From contig CAVUWD010000016.1 of the NCBI GenBank assembly GCA_963745025.1, positions 192,001 through 256,000 of the forward strand: DNA of 64,000 nucleotides, given 5' to 3'. Numbering within the stretch: position 1 is the stretch's first letter; each line of letters begins with the position of its first letter. The translations under genes were made by a program, and so were the position numbers. The notes under the pieces are model-generated. The model worked only from the letters and a program-made list of their open reading frames with translations. It was not told the DNA's origin and did no database searches. Positions 1 to 10,141 of this stretch are shown here, piece by piece. Source of the stretch: an uncultured delta proteobacterium. Lineage in GTDB: Bacteria > Desulfobacterota > Binatia > JACPRU01.

Positions 1-119
1 AGCTCGATCCCGCCGGTCGTCTGCTCGGTGCGCCCGCGCTCGGTCGTCTCGAGGAGATCTACTGGCGGCTCGACCCGGCGAGCGGCGCGCGCGCGGAGGA
101 GCCGCGTGGCGTCGACTGA
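1..119 (+). CDS. 3' end of an upstream gene (partial, unknown product)
   Basis: Frame from base 3 is open (LDPAGRLLGAPALGRLEEIYWRLDP...GVD) to TGA 117-119 and overlaps the next start, as in an operon. Confidence 0.5.
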   Translation, partial: LDPAGRLLGAPALGRLEEIYWRLDPASGARAEEPRGVD

Positions 120-1140
120 GCGCTCGCCCGGGCGGATTCTCATCGTGCTGCTCGGCGCCATCGGCGACGTCGTCCGGGCGATGCCGCTTGCCATGCGCCT
201 GCGGCGCGGTCTTCCCGAGTCGCGGATCACCTGGGCGGTGGAGCCCTCGGCGGCGCCGCTTCTCGATCGGCACCCCGCGATCGACGAGCGGCTGATCTTC
301 CGGCGGGACCTCGGCGTGGGCGCGTTCGCGCAGTTTCTCGCCGACGTTCGGCGCCGGCGCTTCGACCTGTCGCTCGATCTGCAGAGACACCTGAAGAGCG
401 GCGTCGTCAGCCGGGTGAGTGGCGCCACGGTGCGCGTCGGCTTTCACCGCTCGAACACCAAGGAAGCGAACTGGATCTTCAACAGCGAGACGATCCCGCC
501 GCAGTCGCACTGGTCGAGCAAGCTGCGTCAATACCTGGCCTTTGCCGACCATCTCGGACTGCCCGAATCGCCGGTGGAGTTCGGTCTCTCGCTCGCTCGC
601 GAGGAGGCGGCGCGCGTCGAGGAACTTCTTCGAGAGGTGCGAGGCCCCTTCGTGACGGCCTTCGTCGGATCGACCTGGGAGAGCCGATGGTGGATGGCCG
701 AGCGGACCGCCGCGGTCCTCGACGCCGTGCGCGCCCGCTTTGGGCTCTCGGCGGTCGTCGTCGGCGCGCCCGGCGGGGAGGCGGCATTCGCCGCGGACGT
801 CCAGCGTGCTGCGTCCGGCGACGTCACGAATCTCGCCGGTCGGACGACGCTTCGCGACCTGATCGGCATCTTGGGCCGCGCGCGGATCGCCTTCGGGCCC
901 GATTCCGGGCCGATGCACATGGCGGCGGCACTCGGTACGCCGGTGGTATCGCTTTGGGGGGCGACGAGCCCGCTGCGCTCGGCACCCTACGGCGCCGAAG
1001 ATCTGGCGCTCGTCGGGCCGGTCGCCTGTCATCCCTGTTACCTTCGCCGCTGTCCCGTAGGCCGGCTCTGCATGCAGCAAATCACCGTCGAGCCGGTGCT
1101 CGCCGCGATCGGAAGCGGGCTCGCACGGAGGGCGGCGTGA
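106..1140 (+). CDS. Glycosyltransferase family 9 (heptosyltransferase WaaC/WaaF-like)
   Basis: RILIVLLGAIGDVV N-terminus, DLQ motif, DSGPMHMAAALGTPVVSLWG, Cys-rich C-terminus. GTG at 106 follows GGAGGA. Confidence 0.92.
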   Translation: MASTERSPGRILIVLLGAIGDVVRAMPLAMRLRRGLPESRITWAVEPSAAPLLDRHPAIDERLIFRRDLGVGAFAQFLADVRRRRFDLSLDLQRHLKSGVVSRVSGATVRVGFHRSNTKEANWIFNSETIPPQSHWSSKLRQYLAFADHLGLPESPVEFGLSLAREEAARVEELLREVRGPFVTAFVGSTWESRWWMAERTAAVLDAVRARFGLSAVVVGAPGGEAAFAADVQRAASGDVTNLAGRTTLRDLIGILGRARIAFGPDSGPMHMAAALGTPVVSLWGATSPLRSAPYGAEDLALVGPVACHPCYLRRCPVGRLCMQQITVEPVLAAIGSGLARRAA

Positions 1141-2063
1141 CGGTTTTCGCGCTCGGCGTGCTCGCCCACGACGAGGAAGGGTCGATCGAGCGGATGTTGA
1201 CGAGCGTCGTGCGGCAGTCGCTCTGGCGTCGGCTGCCTCCGGAGCAGCGACAGATCGTCGTCTATGCCAATGGCTGTAGCGATGCGACCGCCGAGCGGGC
1301 GCGCCGCTTCGGTACGACGTGCGCCGAACTCGCGGTCGTCGAGACCTCGGAGAAGGGTAAATCGCAGGGCTGGAACGTGCTCCACCGTCACCTCCGTCGC
1401 GATGCCGAATGGTGGTTCTTCGCCGACGCCGACGTGATTCTTCACTGGCGGGCCGTCGAGCGACTCTTCGACGCCGCGCGCGCGCACCCCGAGGCGGCCG
1501 TGCTGTCGTCGACGCTGGTGAGCACCGCGCGATTCGTCCCGGTTGCCTACCGTGGCTTTCTCGAAGCGGCGCGCGTCGAATCGGAGCGGCTCAAAGATCC
1601 GCGTCGAATGGTCTCGGCGCGCTTCTATGCGATCCGCCGCAGCGTCGCCGAGGGCATCCGTCTGCCGCCCGGGTTGCTGAACGAGGATCTCTATCTCACG
1701 CGGCTGCTCGGCTCGGATCGCATCTGGCGGAGCCGAGACGCGCGCGTCTTCGCGCGCGAGCCGAGCCGGCTCGGGGAGATCGTGCGCTATCAAGTGCGAA
1801 CCCGCATCGGCTCGTTCCAAGCGCGGCAGATTTCCGGGCCGCGCGTCGACTCGAACAAGTCGGTGAGCGCCATGACGGAGCGAACGCGCAGCTACCGCCG
1901 GCTGTCGTGGAAGGCGAAGCTCGGCAAGCTCGGCTGGATCCCCCTGAAGCTCTACGTGGAGTGGCGGGCGCGCCGCCTGCGTCCCGAGTCCCTCGGGGAA
2001 AGCTTCTGGATGAAGATCGACTCCGCGAAGCTCGAGCCGAAGCGCGAGCGGGGCAAGTCGTGA
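1137..2063 (+). CDS. Glycosyltransferase family 2
   Basis: LAHDEEGSI, NGCSDAT, GKSQGWN, DAD and NED motifs. GTGA overlap with the upstream stop. Confidence 0.85.
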   Translation: MTVFALGVLAHDEEGSIERMLTSVVRQSLWRRLPPEQRQIVVYANGCSDATAERARRFGTTCAELAVVETSEKGKSQGWNVLHRHLRRDAEWWFFADADVILHWRAVERLFDAARAHPEAAVLSSTLVSTARFVPVAYRGFLEAARVESERLKDPRRMVSARFYAIRRSVAEGIRLPPGLLNEDLYLTRLLGSDRIWRSRDARVFAREPSRLGEIVRYQVRTRIGSFQARQISGPRVDSNKSVSAMTERTRSYRRLSWKAKLGKLGWIPLKLYVEWRARRLRPESLGESFWMKIDSAKLEPKRERGKS

Positions 2064-2866
2064 ACGCGGTGATCGCCGCCGGGCTTCGCGGAACGCCGCT
2101 AGGGGCGGCGCTGGCGGCCCCGGACCGCCTGCTCGACGCGCCGGGCGCCCGCTTCGTGAAGGATCACCGGCGAACCGCGGTGGCGGCGACGACGATCGCC
2201 GGACGCGAGATCTTCGTCAAGCGATTCAAGCCCTACGCCTGGTACCGACGGCTCGAGTGGATGTTTGCGCCGACGCCCGCCCGGCGATGCTGGCAGCGAT
2301 CGGCGGAGCTCGAGCGGGCCGGCTTCCGGGTGGCGCCGGCGCTCGCGCTCGCCGAGACGCGCTCGTGCGGTCTTCCTGCGGATTGCTATTTCGTGACGGC
2401 GAGCCTCGACGGCGCGGAACCCGCGGGGCGCTTCTGGCGGGAGCGCGCGCCCCGGCTGCCGAGCCGCGAGCGCCGCCGAATTCTGGTCGCGCTGGCGTGC
2501 GAGCTCCGCCGCTTCCACGACGCGGGCTTCTACAGCGGCGACGCCAACGCGGACAACTTCTTGGTGCGCCTCTCCGCGGCGGACGAGCCGGAGTTCTTCC
2601 TCCTCGACCTCGAGAACGTGCGCCGGCCGGGGCAGGTGTCTCGCCGCCGGCGCGTCAAGAATCTCGTCCAGCTCCAGCGTCCCATTCGCGCAGACGTGAG
2701 GAGGATCGACCGCCTGCGCTTCCTGCGCGTGTACGCCGGCCAGCCGCTTCGGGAGCTGCGCGGTTGGCTCGGAGCCATCGAGTCGCTCGATGCCCAGAAG
2801 GAAGCGGAGTATCAGGCCCGCCGCGGTCGCCGTCAACCGGCCGCGCCCGATTCGTCTACCCGATAG
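2060..2866 (+). CDS. Lipopolysaccharide kinase (Kdo/WaaP/InaA family)
   Basis: IFVKRF, FHDAGFYSGDANADNFLV catalytic loop, LLDLE, RVKNLVQL, DRLRFLRVY. GTGA overlap. Confidence 0.82.
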   Translation: MNAVIAAGLRGTPLGAALAAPDRLLDAPGARFVKDHRRTAVAATTIAGREIFVKRFKPYAWYRRLEWMFAPTPARRCWQRSAELERAGFRVAPALALAETRSCGLPADCYFVTASLDGAEPAGRFWRERAPRLPSRERRRILVALACELRRFHDAGFYSGDANADNFLVRLSAADEPEFFLLDLENVRRPGQVSRRRRVKNLVQLQRPIRADVRRIDRLRFLRVYAGQPLRELRGWLGAIESLDAQKEAEYQARRGRRQPAAPDSSTR

Positions 2867-3822
2867 ACACCCGCGGACGAGATCGCGACGGTCGTGACGG
2901 TCGCGCGGCAGGTCTCGGGCTCGACCTCGATCTCGAGGTCGACCGTCTTGCCCCTCCACGGGGTCAGATCGACCTCGACATCGCGGGACGGCCAGCGGTC
3001 GAAGAGCGAGGGCGACAGACGCGTCTCGACGACGTCTCGGCTCGCCGCGCCGTCGCGGATACGCAACGTGGCGATGGCGGGTGCTTGCGCGGGAGTGAGC
3101 AGCGAGACCCGATAACGAAGGACCCCTTCGAGCGGGACACGCAGGTGGCGGCCGATCACCGCGGGACCGGTGATGACTAGCGCCGCGGGCTCCGAGCGCG
3201 TCGCTTGCGTCCGGTGCACGCGAGGGTGCGGAGGCAAACCCCGGCCACGCAGCGGAAGACACAGCGGTCCGATCAAGATCGAGTGGTACTCGGCGGCGAA
3301 GCGTCGCGGTTCGGCACCGTCGGCGCGGCCTTCGAGCCGGCTGTGGCGGAAGGTGAGGCGGTTTTCACCGCGGCGAAGGAGGCTCGCCGGGGCGACGAAG
3401 CGGTACTCGAGGAAGATTGGCTCGGCCGTGAAGCTCGACACCGCGTGACCGTTTACGAGCACCGTGATCGTCTGCGGGATCGCGCCGGCAAACGCGGAGA
3501 GCTTGACGAGGAATTGTTGATCGACGACCGCGAGAACCTCAAACGCGACGTTCGCCTCGAGCTCCGTGGCCCATACGAACGTCAGTCCCGACGACGGGTC
3601 GTATTCGTCGACCGACCAGCCGTCGAGGAGAGGGCGGCGGCTGCCGGCGCCGAAGACGATTCGCCGCGTCTCGGCGATCTCGGTAAGGTCCCGGCCCGAG
3701 GTCAGGTCGAGGATTGGCGCGCGCCGCGGTGTGGCGAAACTGGACTGCTGGCAGGACACGGCGCCGAGCAGCGCGAGCAGGAGCGCGCCGCTCGAAACCG
3801 CGGATCGGCCGCGGGGCTTCAT
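2833..3822 (-). CDS. Putative lipoprotein with beta-sandwich domains, unknown function
   Basis: Signal peptide ending in AVSC lipobox, beta-rich mature region. Confidence 0.65.
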   Translation of the reverse strand: MKPRGRSAVSSGALLLALLGAVSCQQSSFATPRRAPILDLTSGRDLTEIAETRRIVFGAGSRRPLLDGWSVDEYDPSSGLTFVWATELEANVAFEVLAVVDQQFLVKLSAFAGAIPQTITVLVNGHAVSSFTAEPIFLEYRFVAPASLLRRGENRLTFRHSRLEGRADGAEPRRFAAEYHSILIGPLCLPLRGRGLPPHPRVHRTQATRSEPAALVITGPAVIGRHLRVPLEGVLRYRVSLLTPAQAPAIATLRIRDGAASRDVVETRLSPSLFDRWPSRDVEVDLTPWRGKTVDLEIEVEPETCRATVTTVAISSAGVYRVDESGAAG

Positions 3823-3859
3823 TCCGCTCGGTTAGCGGACCCGCTCGGGCAAGTCAAAA

Positions 3860-6814
3860 TTGCCTTTCCCGAGGATCCCTCGTATACGTGCGCGGGTGGC
3901 GGGTGACAGGGAGGAGGCCGCTCGTCCACGAGAGCGGGCGACGCACGCCGCGCTCGTGCTCTTGGCGGGCGGGCTGGCGGCGGTCGTCTATACCTACCCG
4001 CTTGTCCTCCATTTTGCCGAGGCGATTCCCTACGGCTGCGGGGTGAGCCGCGAGCGCCGCGTGCAGGGCCTCGTGCACGGCGATCAGCTTCAGTTCCTCT
4101 ATTTCCTTTCCGTCACCGACGACATGGTTCGCGGCCGCGCACCGTGGTTCCAGGACCCCTACGAGTTCAGCGCGCCGCAGCCTTCGAAGCGCAGGAGCTT
4201 CTTCTTCTTGCCGTTTTCCCTGCTGTTCTCCGCCCTCGCTCCACTCGGTCAGGCGGCGGCCTACAACCTTCTCGTGCTGGCATCGTTTCCCGCCACCGCG
4301 CTCTCCACCTTCCTGCTCGCACGCCGCTTCGGGGCCGACGGCGGCGGCGCCGCAGTCGCTGCGGCCGCGGTCACCCTGCTGCCGTATCGCTTGGTGAGCC
4401 TCGCGGGTGGTCATCCGACGGGTATCGCCTTCTTCCTGTTGCCGCTCGCGATCTATTTCCTGGAGGTGGCGTGGCAGGGGTCGAGTCGGTGGGCCGCGCT
4501 TGGCGGGGGTCTTTGCCTCGTCTGTCTGGCGCTCAACGAGCCGCACTTCGTCTATTTCTTCGCCTTCTTGTTCCCGCTCTGGCTGCTCTACGCGATCTGG
4601 GGTCTCGAGCCGACTCGGCGCGCGCAAGCGAGGGGCACGGTGTGCGGCTGGCTCGCCTTGTCGGCGCTCGGGCCCTCCGCGGCCTTCGCCGTGTTCGCTG
4701 CCCGGCTCGGCACCAACTGGGGACCGGCGGCGCTGCTGCTCCTCTTCATCGTGGTTCTGGCCCTGCTCTCTATGGCGTGGCGCGTGACCGCGGAGATTCG
4801 AGCGCGGTCCGGCGAGGTGGCGTGGGCCGAGGAAGCACGGTCGTATTCCCCTCTCGCGCTGCTCGTCCTCTACGCGGGTCAGCTGGGCCTCGGCCTGCCT
4901 CATCTCGGCATCGTCGTTTTCGGCGCGGCGACCCTGCTGGCGATCGCGCTCAAGTTGCCGGTCGCTCGTGCCGCGGTGAAGGTCGCCGGCGCGTCGGCAG
5001 AGCGCTGGCGGGCGCTTTGGCCGTTCGCCTTGGGATTGGTCGTCGCGGCCTTGCTGCTCCTGCAGTTCAAGAGCTCCTTCATCGATCCCTCCGGTCACGG
5101 CGCCGGACGATCCCTCGATGAAATCATGCTCTTCGCGCCGCGGCCAAGCGATTTTTTCGAGCGGTCGAGTACCGTGCTGACGCACCAGCTCTACCCCGGC
5201 GTCGTCGTGGTGGCGCTGGCGATCGCCGCTCTCGCCAGGCGCGAGGGGCGAGTGCTCGTGGCCGTCGCGCTCGGCTTCGCGGCGCTCGCGCTCGGCCCGA
5301 ACGCGCCGCAATGGTTGCCGCTCTATCACGCCGCCGCCCGGTTGATCCCGTTCTTCGCGATCATCCGCCAACCCGCCAAGTTCTTCGCGGTGAGCGCCAT
5401 CGCGCTCGGGCTTGCCGCCGGCATCGGCACCGCGGTGGCGACCGAGAAGATCGGTGGGCGTTGGCGGACGGCGCTCGCCTGTGCGGCGCTCGGCGCGGTT
5501 CTCTTCGACTTCTCGAGCCTGCTGCCGTTCGGCGTTTCCCGCCTGCCGAGCGACAATCGCGCCTATGCCGCGGTTGCGGAGCGAGCCCGGGGCTCGAATC
5601 TCCTCGAGCTGACGCTCTGGCCGGGCGACAGCGCCTACTCGTCGATCTACCAGTACTGGGCGACCCGCACGCGCGTGCCGACCGTGAACGGCTACAGCCC
5701 GACGGCTCCACGCGACTACGTCGAACGGGTCGCTCGCCCGCTGGAATCGATGAACCTGGGCGAGCTCACCGAGGATCAGCATCGCTTGCTCGACGATCTC
5801 GAGGTGCGCCTCGTGACGGTTCACCGCGACACCTACCCGGCGCAGGCGTTTGCGTATTCCTATCGCTTCACGCTCGCCGCGATGCACCAGAACCCAAATC
5901 TGCGTCCCGTTGCCGAAGACGACGGCGTCTACCTGTTCGAGCGGGTCGGCGGACCATACCGGCCGTGGGCCGGCTCGGCGCCTTGGCCGATGGGTGTCTT
6001 TTACGAGGCGGAGAACTTGAAGGTCGGTGACGGCGAGCGCCTGGAGGATCCGTCGGCTTCGGGTGGTGCGCTGGTCCGCGGCCGGTCCGACGCGAAGCTT
6101 CCGGCCGTCTACGGTCCGTACCGAGGCTTCCCGGCGGGCGTCTACGAAGCCCGTTTCCGCGCGCGCGGCAGCGGACGCGTGGAGGTGTCCTCCGACCTCG
6201 GCAAGAGCCAGCTCGCCGTTGCCACCGTCGAACGAGACGCGTGGAGCGAGCTTCCCGTCGTGTTTGCGATCGACCATCCAAAGACGCTCGAGTTCCGGGC
6301 CTGGGCGGCGTCCGCCGCTGGCAGCTCGCTCGACGTGGACTGGGTGCTCGTCCGCAAGCTTGCCGGGCCCGAAGAGCGCGAGACCGGTCCGCGGCGCTTC
6401 GAAGCCGAGGACCTGCCCGCGCTTTACGGAGTCGATTACGAGTCGGCCGAGGCCTCGGGCCACGCCTACGCCTCGGTCGTCGAGTATCCCCCCGGGGTCG
6501 TCGTCCGCGATGGACCCTATCGGATCTTCGGGCCCGGACGGGTCGGCGTCGCCGTGCGATCCCGCGGCGGTCCGTTGCGCTTGCGCGTGGAGGCTGCCGA
6601 CGGCCGGCGGTTCGCTGAGACCGAAATCCCAGCACGACGCTCGTGGACCACGGCGGAGACATCCGTCGAGCTTCCCGACCGCGCGATCCTCTGCACGCGA
6701 CTTCTCTCCGCCGGTGCGAAAGCGGACGTGGATTACGTCGAGATCACCGAGCGAGAAGAGCCGTCACCTTCCGAACGACCCACGGGAACTGCGGATGGCG
6801 GGGGGAGGCCGTGA
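3860..6814 (+). CDS. GT-C-like (YfhO-like) polytopic membrane protein with two C-terminal CBM-like modules
   Basis: Many TM segments, GDQLQF first loop, VNGYS motif, tandem FYEAENL/RFEAEDL...GPY modules. Start uncertain (GTG near 3896 possible). Confidence 0.7.
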   Translation: MPFPRIPRIRARVAGDREEAARPRERATHAALVLLAGGLAAVVYTYPLVLHFAEAIPYGCGVSRERRVQGLVHGDQLQFLYFLSVTDDMVRGRAPWFQDPYEFSAPQPSKRRSFFFLPFSLLFSALAPLGQAAAYNLLVLASFPATALSTFLLARRFGADGGGAAVAAAAVTLLPYRLVSLAGGHPTGIAFFLLPLAIYFLEVAWQGSSRWAALGGGLCLVCLALNEPHFVYFFAFLFPLWLLYAIWGLEPTRRAQARGTVCGWLALSALGPSAAFAVFAARLGTNWGPAALLLLFIVVLALLSMAWRVTAEIRARSGEVAWAEEARSYSPLALLVLYAGQLGLGLPHLGIVVFGAATLLAIALKLPVARAAVKVAGASAERWRALWPFALGLVVAALLLLQFKSSFIDPSGHGAGRSLDEIMLFAPRPSDFFERSSTVLTHQLYPGVVVVALAIAALARREGRVLVAVALGFAALALGPNAPQWLPLYHAAARLIPFFAIIRQPAKFFAVSAIALGLAAGIGTAVATEKIGGRWRTALACAALGAVLFDFSSLLPFGVSRLPSDNRAYAAVAERARGSNLLELTLWPGDSAYSSIYQYWATRTRVPTVNGYSPTAPRDYVERVARPLESMNLGELTEDQHRLLDDLEVRLVTVHRDTYPAQAFAYSYRFTLAAMHQNPNLRPVAEDDGVYLFERVGGPYRPWAGSAPWPMGVFYEAENLKVGDGERLEDPSASGGALVRGRSDAKLPAVYGPYRGFPAGVYEARFRARGSGRVEVSSDLGKSQLAVATVERDAWSELPVVFAIDHPKTLEFRAWAASAAGSSLDVDWVLVRKLAGPEERETGPRRFEAEDLPALYGVDYESAEASGHAYASVVEYPPGVVVRDGPYRIFGPGRVGVAVRSRGGPLRLRVEAADGRRFAETEIPARRSWTTAETSVELPDRAILCTRLLSAGAKADVDYVEITEREEPSPSERPTGTADGGGRP

Positions 6815-9290
6815 GGTCTACGAAGCGTGCCCGACGCGACGTCGAGAACAGAAAGATGCGATCCGTGAGGCTCGCACCTAGGAGCCCCTGATCCGACCAG
6901 AGGAGCCGGCTCGGCCGGGGCACGAGCGTCTCGGGCTCGCTCCAGGAGGCGCCGTCGAGCGACGTGCGTGCGACGAGGCCGCGCGGAAAGCTCGATGCCG
7001 CGTCGGCGTGCTCGACGACGATCCCGCCGAGCGGCTGAACGGCGCCGAGATCGACGAGGGCTCGCTCGTCGCCCGCGTCATAACGCGTGATCGCCGAGAC
7101 GAGGCGCGGCCATCGGTCGGTGTCGAGGCGAAGGCCGGTGGCGAGAAGCTCGTCGCCGAGCGGCGTGATTTCGCCCGCGACCGCACCGATGCGAGGATCG
7201 CTCCCCGAGGCGAGCACGGCGGTCCGCGCGACGAGCGCCCGGTCCCGCAACTCGACGAGCGAGGCGTCCCGCAGATGTTCGAACCGTCGAATGAGGTCGC
7301 CCTGCCAATGACGTACGGCGCCGGGGAGGCGGGCCGCCGCCACCGGATCCGCGAACAGGCGTCCGGGGCCGGGCGGCGGCGGGGGAGGCATCGCGTCGGC
7401 GCGCTTTCCCGGTGCCCGCACGACGAGCTCCGCGATGCTCCACGCATAGCGAGGGTCGCTCCCGAGCTCCGTCAGGCGTACGAAGCGAGCTCGCAGCGGC
7501 AAGAAGCGAGCGACCACCCAGCCGTCATAGCTCGGCAGCGGGCGCCCGCGTGCCCACGAGCAAGGTCCCCAGTACACGTCCACCTCCGCGGCCCTCGTCC
7601 AGCTCTGGCCATCGAGGGAAACTTCGACGCGCAGCCCGCGCGGCGTGTCGGAGGCGTATCGCGGCAGAAACGCTACTTCGGCGACGTCGTACGCCGCGCC
7701 GAGGTCGGCCTTGAACCACATGCCCGGCCGCTGCGGCGCGAGCGTCGTCCAACGGGTCGTTCCGTCGCGGTCGAAGGCCAAGACGGCGTCGATCGCGTTG
7801 TCGCTGGCGGTGGCGGCGACGATGGGGAGCTCCGCCACTCCCTCGACCCCCGGCTCGATCGCGTAGAACAGCTCGAAGCCCTCGACGCGTTCCTTGCGGT
7901 AGCGCGCCGATGCCAAACGGAGCATGCCCTCGAAGGCGGCGGCACGCAGCGGCTGGTGAAAGAGGAAGGCCGCGCGCTCGGCTCCGTCGGCGCGGTCGAG
8001 GTACGCGGTGCTGCGATCGTCGAACGGATTGGCGAATACAATCTCTTCCCGCGCGTCGAACGTGAAGCGCGCGCCATCCCAGTAGTCGTCGGTATACACG
8101 ACGTGGAACCCGAGGTCGTCGAGCGCGTGAAAGATGCGGCTCTCCTGCGCGCGATCTTCCTGGTAGTGGCGCAGCGCCGCCGGATCGAGGACGTTGGCTT
8201 TGAGGAACGACGGCACCGCCTGCAGCGCGAGCAGCAGGAAGCCGAGAGCAATGCCCGCTCGGCCGAGGCTGACGACGAGGAGCGCGGGAGCGATCGCCAG
8301 CACCGTGTAGAGCGGAACCAGATACCGCTGCGTGTCGGCGCCGGAGAAGGGAGACGGCAGATACACGGCGAAGAGCATTGCCGCAACGAGGAGCAGGAGG
8401 CGCGCCCCGCGGCGCGGGCGTGGCGGCGAGGAGCCGAGTGCCATCGAGACGGTTGTCGCGAGGGCGCCGAGCTGAATCGGCAGCAGCAGCCACCCGAGCA
8501 CTGGCACGGTCGGCATCGAGCCGCCGTCGAAGCGAATCCCGAGCACGATCGGCAGGCGATAGAGGAGCAGGCGGGAGAGGCGGTGTCCGAAGCGCGGCGC
8601 CCGCGGCGCGGCGACGAGGAACGTTGCGAAGTGAGACTGGAACGTGCCGTACCAGAAAGGAGCGCTGCCGATGAAGAACGGGCCGGCGGACCAGACGACG
8701 GCCCGCGCGAGCAGCCGCGGACGCTCGACGGCCCAGAAGAGAACGATCGCCGCGCCATAGACGACGGTGTTGAAGTGTGTCCAGAACGACAGCCCGAGCG
8801 CGAGACCGACGCCGACGAGGGCGTGTCGCTCCTCGCGGGCGGTTTCGGCGTTCGCCGCACGCAGCGCGAGATACGACGCGAGCGTGCCGAGCGCGAGGCT
8901 TTCGGCGTACGCGCCGCGCGCCACGACGACGGTCCAGACGAGATAGATCGGCGGGAAGCAGGCGAAGGCGAGGGCCCAGAGCCCGCAGGACCGCCCGGCG
9001 GCCTCGCGGGCGAACAGGTACGCGGAGAGCGCGAAGAGCATGGAAAACAGCACCGGCGAGAGGTTCAGGGCGAAGCGGGTCGGGCCGAAGAGGAGCATCA
9101 GCGGAGCCGCCACGAACGACTCGATCGTCCCCATGTACAGGTAGCCCCACTGGAAGATGGACAGCTCTCCGCGCAGGATGTGCATGGCCATCAACCCGAA
9201 GATCGCCTGGTCGGCGTCGAGCGACGGCGTGGCGAGGTAGAGAAGTCGCAGGCCGAGGCCCGCGGCGAGAAGCAGGAGCACCGCGGCCAT
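6744..9290 (-). CDS. GT-C (ArnT/PMT-like, GT39/83) glycosyltransferase with F5/8 type C (discoidin) domains
   Basis: LRLLY...DADQAIFGLMA loop, many TMs, AFDRDGTTRW...WFKADLG...VEVSLDGQSW...RFVRLT...WSIAEL discoidin signature and a second partial copy. ATG overlaps the upstream TGA. Confidence 0.8.
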   Translation of the reverse strand: MAAVLLLLAAGLGLRLLYLATPSLDADQAIFGLMAMHILRGELSIFQWGYLYMGTIESFVAAPLMLLFGPTRFALNLSPVLFSMLFALSAYLFAREAAGRSCGLWALAFACFPPIYLVWTVVVARGAYAESLALGTLASYLALRAANAETAREERHALVGVGLALGLSFWTHFNTVVYGAAIVLFWAVERPRLLARAVVWSAGPFFIGSAPFWYGTFQSHFATFLVAAPRAPRFGHRLSRLLLYRLPIVLGIRFDGGSMPTVPVLGWLLLPIQLGALATTVSMALGSSPPRPRRGARLLLLVAAMLFAVYLPSPFSGADTQRYLVPLYTVLAIAPALLVVSLGRAGIALGFLLLALQAVPSFLKANVLDPAALRHYQEDRAQESRIFHALDDLGFHVVYTDDYWDGARFTFDAREEIVFANPFDDRSTAYLDRADGAERAAFLFHQPLRAAAFEGMLRLASARYRKERVEGFELFYAIEPGVEGVAELPIVAATASDNAIDAVLAFDRDGTTRWTTLAPQRPGMWFKADLGAAYDVAEVAFLPRYASDTPRGLRVEVSLDGQSWTRAAEVDVYWGPCSWARGRPLPSYDGWVVARFLPLRARFVRLTELGSDPRYAWSIAELVVRAPGKRADAMPPPPPPGPGRLFADPVAAARLPGAVRHWQGDLIRRFEHLRDASLVELRDRALVARTAVLASGSDPRIGAVAGEITPLGDELLATGLRLDTDRWPRLVSAITRYDAGDERALVDLGAVQPLGGIVVEHADAASSFPRGLVARTSLDGASWSEPETLVPRPSRLLWSDQGLLGASLTDRIFLFSTSRRARFVDLTASPRHPQFPWVVRKVTALLAR

Positions 9291-10135
9291 CAGCTCGCCG
9301 GCGCCGCCTCGATCAGCCACCCGCCGCCTTCGCCGGCGGGACACGTCCGGTCGTAGATCGGGCCGAGCAGGCGGGCGAGGAACGCGGCGACCGGGCGCCG
9401 CAGCCGCGGGGAGAGCGTCCAGCGGCCGAGCAACCGCTTCCAGACCATGGCCGGCACGGCGAGGGGATAACCGAGGTCGTTCACCGCCATCACGCTCCGC
9501 GGCAGGTAGCTCTCGTGTCGGACGATCCGCAAGCCGGCGGCGCGCAGCAGCTCACTCCACTCGTCCATCGGCAGGCAGTGGAGGTTCTTCTGCAGGCGGA
9601 CGTTCACCAGGTTCTCGTACCACCGAGAAGGGCCGTGCAGGCCGAGCCGCTCGAGCAGCCGCGCGTGAAAGAGCAGCTTGCCGTAGAGAGGGCTCGGCAC
9701 CGAGAACCAGAAGCGGCCGTCGGCTCGCAGCACGCGGCGGATCTCGGCAAGAGTCGCGGGAAGATCACCGAGGTGCTCGAGCACGGAGTTGCTGATCACG
9801 CTGGCGAAGACGGCGGTGCGAAACGGCAGACGGGCGGCGTCGGCGGCGGTGAGCGAGCGGTAGATGTGACGTGCCCGGGCGATCGCGAGCTCGGCGGGGT
9901 CGCGATCCATGCCGACGGCCAGCGTGCGCAGGAAGGTACGCTCCGCGAACAGGCCGTCGCCGCAGCCGACGTCGAGGACCGGCTCGGAGATCGGCAGCGC
10001 CCCGAGCCAGCGAGCCTCGATCGCGCGCTCGAGCGCGAGTGAGATCGGGGCGGCGCGCAGGTAGGACTCGAGGTGATTCACGATCGGAGTTGTAGGGGCT
10101 TGTACCAGCGTTCTGCGGGTGAATCGATGCGCCAC
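9290..10135 (-). CDS. Class I SAM-dependent methyltransferase
   Basis: VLDVGCGDG, ADAARLPF, SNSVLEHL, RVLRADG. Start may be GTG at 10081. Confidence 0.85.
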   Translation of the reverse strand: MAHRFTRRTLVQAPTTPIVNHLESYLRAAPISLALERAIEARWLGALPISEPVLDVGCGDGLFAERTFLRTLAVGMDRDPAELAIARARHIYRSLTAADAARLPFRTAVFASVISNSVLEHLGDLPATLAEIRRVLRADGRFWFSVPSPLYGKLLFHARLLERLGLHGPSRWYENLVNVRLQKNLHCLPMDEWSELLRAAGLRIVRHESYLPRSVMAVNDLGYPLAVPAMVWKRLLGRWTLSPRLRRPVAAFLARLLGPIYDRTCPAGEGGGWLIEAAPAS

Positions 10136-10141
10136 CGGCGG

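Noticed and set aside
2500-2620. Kinase catalytic loop reads SGD instead of HxD
   Set aside because: The catalytic Asp, the Asn and the DLE motif are retained, so this is too minor to call a pseudokinase
3854-9356. Very long antisense ORFs (3854-6463, 7008-9356, and likewise 25365-27995 and 50015-52528)
   Set aside because: Shadow frames opposite clear genes, expected at high GC, with no recognisable motifs
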